From the IMG/VR virus record IMGVR_UViG_3300033153_005382, positions 1 through 64,000 of that record: a DNA stretch of 64,000 bases. One strand, given 5' to 3'. Both the position numbers and the translations under genes were made by a program. Source of the DNA: a virus. This document shows, in pieces, positions 57,006-64,000 of the stretch (position 1 is the stretch's first letter; each line of letters starts with the position of its first letter). The notes beneath the pieces were generated by a model. The model saw only the letters and a program-made list of their open reading frames with translations. It was not told the DNA's origin and did not search any database.

Positions 57006-57794
57006 CTAAGACCACATAGCTTCCTCAGCTTCCTTCCTGATATTAGCTATTGACAACCGCTGCAACCATCCTCGTCGCCTCATGTTCGGTCTAAGAATAG
57101 ACAATCCCATCCGTCTCGCACAGTACCACAAGTAACCATCCTGACTCGATACCGGTAATCTTCCATACCCGCATGTCTTCTCTGCCATCCTAATACACTT
57201 TTTCGTAAACTCCGTATTGAAAAACGCACACCAACTAATAATCCTCTTGTGTCCTAATCTATCCTTACCTTCTTGCGGTACCATCCTCAACGGTTCCGTT
57301 CCTTGAAACTCCGGCAGTCTTCTTTGACATTCCTCTGCCCATTCATCGAGCACTAACATTTGATTCGGCGGCTTAGTAAATGACCAACAATGTGCTACTA
57401 TAGCTGGATCATCGACAAACCAATCATCGCTTATCCAACTGTCCATTTCTTTAGCAACGACATCTGTATCCACCTTCAACCAATATGGTGTCTCAACGTG
57501 TGCTGCCATGTACACAAATCCGGACAGCATCTTTTCCCGCTGCGGATCCTCCCACCTATCCCCTGACTGTCCGAAATACGCTATCGGCCATGGTGGCCAC
57601 CTGAAAAAACGAACATTGTTACGTCCCACAACTTGGGACACATCCGATTCTTTTATCTCACCATCATCATAGAACACCAACTTAGGAACACTTGCCAGAC
57701 TCGGCTTGTTCCTCATCCATGTCGGCCACACGATCGATAGCTGTTTCAGATGCTTCCGATCGACTCCTATTACTATCGTATACTGCCATTCCAT
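57006..57794 (-). CDS. GT-A-like glycosyltransferase
   Basis: TPYWLKVDTD (DxD), SQD. Confidence 0.6.
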   Translation of the reverse strand: MEWQYTIVIGVDRKHLKQLSIVWPTWMRNKPSLASVPKLVFYDDGEIKESDVSQVVGRNNVRFFRWPPWPIAYFGQSGDRWEDPQREKMLSGFVYMAAHVETPYWLKVDTDVVAKEMDSWISDDWFVDDPAIVAHCWSFTKPPNQMLVLDEWAEECQRRLPEFQGTEPLRMVPQEGKDRLGHKRIISWCAFFNTEFTKKCIRMAEKTCGYGRLPVSSQDGYLWYCARRMGLSILRPNMRRRGWLQRLSIANIRKEAEEAMWS

Positions 57795-58179
57795 CCCATT
57801 CCCCTCCCGATTCTAGCCTAACTATATCATCAAACTCACACTTCCCTCCTTCCTGGTCTGGCCAATACACTTCAATTAGCTTTCCACTCTCGACTACATT
57901 GAACCGATGTTCTATCTTGCTTGGAACGACTAACATATAGCCTGACACAAGATCGGCCATTGTCCTTGTCCAGCCATTCCACACTTCAACAACGATCTTC
58001 CCCTCCTGAACGTAGAACATGTTTGCCCGGTGCTGATGGTAATGCCTAGAACATCTGTAGCCGGCTTTAACTTCCAAATGACTAACTGCTGCGTTCTCGC
58101 TCTCGAATATATGACACACCCTGCCCCACACCTTCTCTTCCCACTCAGTCTTCTTCAAATACGGTATCTTCTTACTCAT
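57682..58179 (-). CDS. cupin (sugar isomerase/epimerase-like)
   Basis: EKVWG, CS.HYH......FYV.EG, VP....H.F, D.VR. Confidence 0.8.
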   Translation of the reverse strand: MSKKIPYLKKTEWEEKVWGRVCHIFESENAAVSHLEVKAGYRCSRHYHQHRANMFYVQEGKIVVEVWNGWTRTMADLVSGYMLVVPSKIEHRFNVVESGKLIEVYWPDQEGGKCEFDDIVRLESGGEWDGMAVYDSNRSRSEASETAIDRVADMDEEQAESGKCS

Positions 58180-59368
58180 CTTTTTCCTCCCTCTTGCCTT
58201 TCTTCCTCTTATACTCCTTCTTCAACTCCGATCGCCTCTCCCTAGGCCACGTTAACCCGCAATCCAAACACTTGTCTTCTCCTATAATGCAATCCATCTG
58301 CACATGCCACGATTCGCACTTCGGACACCGACACTTCTCGTACCATCCTTTCAAATCAGGGACTTTCTCTACCCACCCCACGGCATCGTCTACTGCGGCG
58401 TCGAAGTCAACAAATGGAAAGGCCCTCAATCCACTGTACTGACAACAGTTGAATACCTCCAATCCAAACCGATCGAACACTCCTGTACTTTGCATCCGAA
58501 CCAACCACTTGTTCAACACCTCATACTGATGGTTATTCGACTTACATCCTCCTTCTCCTTTGCCTTGATTGAACGAATACACTTCGCCTGGCTTCATCCG
58601 AAAATCCACACCCACTAAATACACACGTCGTGACCCTAAATAATACAACAACCTTAGACCCAACAACATGGTCGACACTGTCTTTTCCTCTCCTGTCCTT
58701 TTTACACCGGAATCCAAATTGCCCCAAGCTGCTCCTTGATCAGTGAAAAACGAATCATCCGGTCTAAACCAACTATTCCTCTTGAACCTCCAGACATTAG
58801 GTACCTCTATCGTACGTCCATGTTCCACAAACGTATTCCCATTATACTTCCTTCTGATCATGCCCCGAGTAGACTTACTGACCTTCGGTCTTGGAACGAA
58901 TTTCATCACCCCGGGGTCAAGCCACACACTATGCGTAAACTTCAACGGAGGATCGGAACACACAAATGCCTGAGGCCTTACACCGAATCCAGCTGCGTTG
59001 TTCACTGCCAAGGAAAACGTGCCACGACGATTCAAAAGCTCCACTTTATCTTTACCTGACGGTCCTCCACATACTAAAAAACTAGGTTGTCCCTTCAGCA
59101 TTCCCTCCCACGCCTCGGCCTCCATTCCGGATGAACTTGTTACTAACAATGGATCAATCCACTTCTCCTTAAAATCCTCATCCGATCTAACTAGCCTATC
59201 TACACACTCCCCACACCATGGCAACCTTCCGCTCCTTGTCTTGCCTGCCGTACACTTCCCGAATTTCCGACACTGGAACCTTTTCTTTTTTGCTTTCCCT
59301 ATTTCCTCTCCCCGAAAGACGCACTCGTACATTGACAATTTCCTCCTTACCATAGTCGCTGCGGACAT
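58172..59368 (-). CDS. Maf/DUF115 (GT29/MptE-like fold) protein with Cys-rich ends
   Basis: CGGPS, AVN, D, LG...VYLVGVDF, V.NC...S.L..FP. Confidence 0.65.
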   Translation of the reverse strand: MSAATMVRRKLSMYECVFRGEEIGKAKKKRFQCRKFGKCTAGKTRSGRLPWCGECVDRLVRSDEDFKEKWIDPLLVTSSSGMEAEAWEGMLKGQPSFLVCGGPSGKDKVELLNRRGTFSLAVNNAAGFGVRPQAFVCSDPPLKFTHSVWLDPGVMKFVPRPKVSKSTRGMIRRKYNGNTFVEHGRTIEVPNVWRFKRNSWFRPDDSFFTDQGAAWGNLDSGVKRTGEEKTVSTMLLGLRLLYYLGSRRVYLVGVDFRMKPGEVYSFNQGKGEGGCKSNNHQYEVLNKWLVRMQSTGVFDRFGLEVFNCCQYSGLRAFPFVDFDAAVDDAVGWVEKVPDLKGWYEKCRCPKCESWHVQMDCIIGEDKCLDCGLTWPRERRSELKKEYKRKKGKREEKDE

Positions 59369-59832
59369 CCCATCAATCCGTTCTTCAGCCTCTTCTTACA
59401 TGGTATCTTGACCATGACCCGAAACCTATTACACATCCCCTCCGGCTGGAACAAACAAAGATCTTCCTTTTGATTATAACTCAAGCATTGACGACATAAC
59501 CTAATTGCAAACCTACGGTCTTCCCTATTATAGACCTCAATATTTTCCCTCTTCCCGCATCCCTGCGAACGTTTTGTCTTCGACTGTTTCGTCGAGCGTT
59601 TCGTTGACTTATCCTTAACAACAGATCCTCCCTTACGTTCTACTGTCATTGATATAGGCTGTGTCGGTCCCCTTCCCTGCTCGTACAAAACACGAAACCG
59701 AACATCGTCTACTACCATCTGACAGAAGTGCGGGAACATCTTACAATCAAAACGAGCACAATGGTAAGATCGTCCTCCTCCAAACATTAGACTACATGGA
59801 CAATCAGGCATCGACACACTCATGGCTTCCAA
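59347..59832 (-). CDS. Cys-rich hypothetical protein
   Basis: C..C ... C ... CP...W terminal motif. Confidence 0.55.
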   Translation of the reverse strand: MEAMSVSMPDCPCSLMFGGGRSYHCARFDCKMFPHFCQMVVDDVRFRVLYEQGRGPTQPISMTVERKGGSVVKDKSTKRSTKQSKTKRSQGCGKRENIEVYNREDRRFAIRLCRQCLSYNQKEDLCLFQPEGMCNRFRVMVKIPCKKRLKNGLMGCPQRLW

Positions 59833-60934
59833 GTTCAGTGATTATGATGTAAAACGAACCCGCCACCTCGTCATCGCAACAATCGCATCCGACTGATGGA
59901 TCAGCCCCCTCATAACCACTCAAAGGAAACCTCACCACCAACGGACTGCACGAAGTTACTTCCTGTTCCTCATAACAATACCCAATACAATAATCTGGCT
60001 CCCCGACGCATCCACCACCCGGATCTAACAAATTCGTCAACGTAAACTGTTTTCCTTCTTCATGGGGATAGGAACAGCAATCGGACCACTCGCACTTAAA
60101 CGTCCACGCAGCATCAGAACAAAACAATCCTTGATCTGACTTCCAAACACGGTCGCTGTGATCGTAATACAAACAAAAAGTAGCTCCGTCTAAATTAGCC
60201 TCACATCCTCCAAACGCATAGACCGTGGCAAGCAATGTCTGTGCTATGCAATAATCCTTCCCGTTCTCCTCACACATACATTGCTGAGTACAACACTGCA
60301 CTGGAGGCTCACCGGGAACTCGCTCGCCATAGAAATTTTCGAGCGTGAACGTTTCGAACTCTACCTTCTGTGCTCCCCCATTACCTACCCCCGCTTTCCT
60401 TCCTGTCGAAAATAAAGTCGGATTACAGTAATACAGTATGCTGCCTGGTGGGCTTGGATTCGGCTTGAACGAAAAGCTTTCATTGTTGATACATATCGTC
60501 AATCCCGACTCATCTTCAAGCTGACTAATAACTTCTTCATGGAGCAGACTGTTTGCTCCGCCCTCCCGCTTGTAAAATCTGATCGTCGTATTGCCTGCGT
60601 TCTGTTGTACCTCAACAAAATGGTAATTCTGCTCATCCACAGCATTGCAAATCAACCGTGGCATGTCGCCTACGTCCAACAACACATCAGCATTCACATG
60701 CTGCTCATTGTTTGCAGTTTGTATTGCAGTCAAAGCACACGCATTGGCAGTTCCACTCTCATCGAGAGTCGTCCCAGAATAGGACCAAGTCCCAGACTCC
60801 TCAGTCCAATCAGAACTTAGATCGGGAGACGGGTCATCGTCAAACTCGTCCGTAAAAACTGCACACGTTCGACAACAACAACTGGAAGCTGTTCTCCGCC
60901 GACTCATTCTAACAAGCTCCCATTTCATCTCCAC
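59804..60934 (-). CDS. Cys-rich virion/tail-tip protein with a lectin-like beta-sandwich
   Basis: CCC start (likely start 60907), F.D.F...W....G.W; follows the tail genes. Confidence 0.5.
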   Translation of the reverse strand: MEMKWELVRMSRRRTASSCCCRTCAVFTDEFDDDPSPDLSSDWTEESGTWSYSGTTLDESGTANACALTAIQTANNEQHVNADVLLDVGDMPRLICNAVDEQNYHFVEVQQNAGNTTIRFYKREGGANSLLHEEVISQLEDESGLTICINNESFSFKPNPSPPGSILYYCNPTLFSTGRKAGVGNGGAQKVEFETFTLENFYGERVPGEPPVQCCTQQCMCEENGKDYCIAQTLLATVYAFGGCEANLDGATFCLYYDHSDRVWKSDQGLFCSDAAWTFKCEWSDCCSYPHEEGKQFTLTNLLDPGGGCVGEPDYCIGYCYEEQEVTSCSPLVVRFPLSGYEGADPSVGCDCCDDEVAGSFYIIITELGSHECVDA

Positions 60935-61598
60935 GGCAGCAGAGGTCGAATATCACTCCGATTACACCGGGATCATTTTCAATCGGCATCATCTTACACA
61001 TTCCAAACCCTCCAACGTTAGCCTCATGGCCTACCTCATTCCTGTCAGCAACGTATATATAGTTGTCACAATCGTAATCGTAACCTCCATCTCCGGACGG
61101 GTTCCAAACCTTAATGGCAGCTTTGACTTTATCCCCAGAGAACTGTTCGAGATTCTCCATCAACATAAACTCAACCGTCCCTTGCATTCCTACAATAGGT
61201 ACGAAACAGTCCCTCTGTTCGTCCCAATACACAATGATCAGATTACCTACCTGGTATCCAGGCGGCGTCCTGTTGACTCCCCGTTCATCCATGATCCATT
61301 CCTTATCATCGTCCGTGATCCACTTCCCCTCACTATTTCGAAACCAACGTAACTTGATCTTGTACAAGCCGCTGGTAGCACTATCTCCTTCCGCAGCCGT
61401 AAGATCACTTACCACTGCTACCGATGTTAACCGATTGAACTCCCCTGCCGAAGACTCAAACGATCCGCTATGGAAACCATCACTAAACGTTCCGGGTTTC
61501 TTTTGCTCGAACTTGTTGACATGGCGATACACTCTATCCATATCAACGGCTCTCAACGAGTCTCCCTTCTTCAATCCCTCGGGCAGATAGTCCTTCAT
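60909..61598 (-). CDS. putative tail protein
   Basis: Second gene after the tape measure. Confidence 0.5.
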   Translation of the reverse strand: MKDYLPEGLKKGDSLRAVDMDRVYRHVNKFEQKKPGTFSDGFHSGSFESSAGEFNRLTSVAVVSDLTAAEGDSATSGLYKIKLRWFRNSEGKWITDDDKEWIMDERGVNRTPPGYQVGNLIIVYWDEQRDCFVPIVGMQGTVEFMLMENLEQFSGDKVKAAIKVWNPSGDGGYDYDCDNYIYVADRNEVGHEANVGGFGMCKMMPIENDPGVIGVIFDLCCRGDEMGAC

Positions 61599-61599
61599 G

Positions 61600-62562
61600 C
61601 TACGGTTCCCATATCTCTGTCAAATTGGTCTGGCTGTACATGTAATTGCCATCCACCAACAACTTCCTGTAGCCGTAATCCGGTCGCCAAATATGCTGAT
61701 GCGTCACCTCAACTCCTGCAGGTGACGTAAAATTCTTCTCCACAAACTTCATCTCTAGCCGAATCGGATTCTTCCCTGACCGTCCTCTCCGCCACGTAAA
61801 CTCAGTCGAAGCAGTAAACGACATGAACAAGATCGTATCAACTGGGGCATCGTGAAACAATGGCATGCTGCTATCATTTACCTTGCCCAGCTTTCCGCGT
61901 AACCTTCCCATTAACGTTCCATCCCAAAAATCAAATGGAATCCTCGGCCAACTGACGCTCCACTCAACTGATGTCTCAATCTTCGTGTTCGGTATGCTTT
62001 TTTCGGTTACCTCATCAGACTCGCCCGTACAAATCATATCACCGACATCGTTTTCATTACATTCATATGGTTCCGCATCATCGGGTAACTCCCACATAGC
62101 CTTTCCTGACAACGGACTTTTCAAGAACACACCCGTCGCAGATGAACTGACCGTCAAGAACGTAAACGGATTATGCGGATCCTGTTCCTCGTCGTTCTCG
62201 GGTGTCGGTCCGTATGATACGACCATCTTCATGTATGGACAATACGTTCCTTCAGGCGCTTCCGGATCATGTCCAAACGGATCACATGGTAAGCTGTCAT
62301 CAAAACTAACAAACCGTAGTCTATTAGGTACTAGAGTACCTAACCCCGGAATCACAGGCTGCTGAGGATAACGCAACGAACTTCCAAACACTACTGGTTC
62401 TGGAAACCCGAATACACACCAATCATACAAATCGGATGCCTGTATCAAATACTCTTCTGTGATCCGTGCATCCTCATACCCTACCTCCCCTTCGCCGGCC
62501 TTCAGTATTCGATACTTCAATCCAGCGCTATTTTCCAAACGCCAACTTCCTGGATCTTCCAT
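61600..62562 (-). CDS. putative distal tail/baseplate protein
   Basis: Directly downstream of the tape measure; beta-rich; GKVN...F. Confidence 0.55.
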   Translation of the reverse strand: MEDPGSWRLENSAGLKYRILKAGEGEVGYEDARITEEYLIQASDLYDWCVFGFPEPVVFGSSLRYPQQPVIPGLGTLVPNRLRFVSFDDSLPCDPFGHDPEAPEGTYCPYMKMVVSYGPTPENDEEQDPHNPFTFLTVSSSATGVFLKSPLSGKAMWELPDDAEPYECNENDVGDMICTGESDEVTEKSIPNTKIETSVEWSVSWPRIPFDFWDGTLMGRLRGKLGKVNDSSMPLFHDAPVDTILFMSFTASTEFTWRRGRSGKNPIRLEMKFVEKNFTSPAGVEVTHQHIWRPDYGYRKLLVDGNYMYSQTNLTEIWEP

Positions 62563-62573
62563 TCGAACCTCCC

Positions 62574-63998
62574 CTAGCTTAATCTTGCAATGGGTTCTCT
62601 CAAATTGAACTTCTGAAGCTCCCCTCGAATCTCCTTCTGTACTTCTGTCTGATGCTTCAACTCTTCGACAGTCTGTGCTGCTGGATCATCCTTCTTCAAC
62701 ATCAAATCCTGCACTTGCTGAGCAAACGTCAAAAACCCAACTTGGCCTGTTCCTATTCCTTCTTTTTGACCTGCTAATCTACGCAAATTACTAGTGTACG
62801 TTTTCTCGCTAATCTCCTTCCCTTCGTACATTTTCTTCAGCATATCGAATTCCTCCTTGATACGTTCCGCATCCGTCGTCCCTAATCTAACAAAACGTTG
62901 CTTGGCTAATTCCCACCTCTGTTCCTCTCTCCTCGCCTCCTCTACCTTCTTCTTAACCTCCTCCAACTTCCGTGCCCACTTCTCATACTCCTTCTCCATA
63001 TCATAAGTCACACCAGCCTTTCTTCCGAACAATTCTACTGCCCTTCCTACATCATCATACCCATTCGCTAGGAAAAACACCTCCTGCTTCAATTCCGAAA
63101 TCTCTGACTTGGCCTTGCCTATGGGCGTCCCTTCAAATGCCTTTGTCAGTGCCTCCCTCAATTGCACACCTGTAATCTCACCATACGCACGCAGCGCAAT
63201 TAACTGTCGTCTGTGATCACGAAAAGTCTCTTCCCACCCCTTCCTTGTAGCCTCCTTCTTCATCATCTGCATTTCTTCTTCCGATCCAAACTGCTGCATC
63301 AACTGAAGACGGTTCAACTTAGCAATGGCCTTCCCTAAGGGCAACTTCTCAAACCCTTCGCCTCCTAATTCGATATCAGGTCCTTCCTCAAACAATCCCA
63401 ACTCTGCATTCTTAACACCCCTAACCCAATTCTCCGTCTCCTTCTGAATCTCTTGGATTACTTCGACCCATTCATGGAATACACTCTCCTTAATCCTTTC
63501 CAACTTCATCTCACCCATAGCCTGAGCCGCTTCCTTGGCTGCATCGGTCACACTCGCCAATCCTTCCTTCACATCGTTAGTACCATCGGCCATCTCCGCA
63601 ATTACTACTCTAGCATCCCTCACTTCTTCTACTGTATCTCCTAACAAACTATTCATTGCATACAACGATCCTGCTGCAGCTGCGATGCCTATAGCCATTT
63701 GTGCCCAACCTTTTGGTCCAGACAGAGCCAGAATTAGTGTCTGAATTGCTACAGTCGTTTTCCCTAATGCGTTATAAACTCCTACAGCTATTGACAGTAT
63801 CTTCACTGCTGCCGCAGCAGACATCAACGCAATTCCATACTTCGCAACGTTCACTGCTAAATTAACGAAGGTTGTAATCAACTCCTTATTCTCTCCTATC
63901 CACACTCGAACATTCTCAGCTATCCGAATAGCGTTAACTTCAAACCGTTTAGCTGCCGGCATTAACATATCCCCAATCACCCTAGACGTAATACCCAA
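62574..63998 (-). CDS. tail tape measure protein, C-terminal part (5'-truncated by the window)
   Basis: IG..L.P motif, Ala-rich hydrophobic stretch, long coiled coil. Confidence 0.75.
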   Translation of the reverse strand: MGITSRVIGDMLMPAAKRFEVNAIRIAENVRVWIGENKELITTFVNLAVNVAKYGIALMSAAAAVKILSIAVGVYNALGKTTVAIQTLILALSGPKGWAQMAIGIAAAAGSLYAMNSLLGDTVEEVRDARVVIAEMADGTNDVKEGLASVTDAAKEAAQAMGEMKLERIKESVFHEWVEVIQEIQKETENWVRGVKNAELGLFEEGPDIELGGEGFEKLPLGKAIAKLNRLQLMQQFGSEEEMQMMKKEATRKGWEETFRDHRRQLIALRAYGEITGVQLREALTKAFEGTPIGKAKSEISELKQEVFFLANGYDDVGRAVELFGRKAGVTYDMEKEYEKWARKLEEVKKKVEEARREEQRWELAKQRFVRLGTTDAERIKEEFDMLKKMYEGKEISEKTYTSNLRRLAGQKEGIGTGQVGFLTFAQQVQDLMLKKDDPAAQTVEELKHQTEVQKEIRGELQKFNLREPIARLS

Positions 63999-64000
63999 CA

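Overview
A 64-kb segment of a large tailed dsDNA phage genome. Essentially every credible gene is on the minus strand; the plus-strand ORFs look like antisense shadows. The host is plausibly a planctomycete, a weak inference from CxxGxC/PVR-type exported proteins, a stand-alone alpha-CTD protein and CsrA. In transcription order (right to left): tape-measure C-terminus and tail-tip genes; an ~11-kb glycan-tailoring cluster (about 5 sulfotransferase-like, 4 glycosyltransferase-like and 3 methyltransferase domains, plus KdsB-like, cupin and Maf/DUF115-like genes); a terminator, a perfect sigma70 promoter and a long structured non-coding leader; early genes (DUF3150/Ycf46-AAA/DUF1257/DUF2997 module, sigma region-2 protein, SNF2 helicase); primase, an initiator with internal iterons, and a helicase; a 7-deazaguanine DNA-modification cluster (queD, queE, PRT-folE fusion, DpdL-like, GT-B, DpdA-like); a replisome/recombination block (clamp, split PolA, clamp loader, SSB, RecA, flap nuclease, RuvC-like, split Rad50 plus Mre11); GroES, ThyX, nucleotide hydrolases, large terminase and a putative lysis/export block. 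The most unusual element is inside the deazaguanine cluster: an Sm-like gene followed by a tandem array of separately initiated mini-genes, each with a conserved MRYLFEG-type leader and a variable (Ser-Arg/Trp/Gln/Gly)n body. All calls come from motif recognition by eye; no database searches were run.
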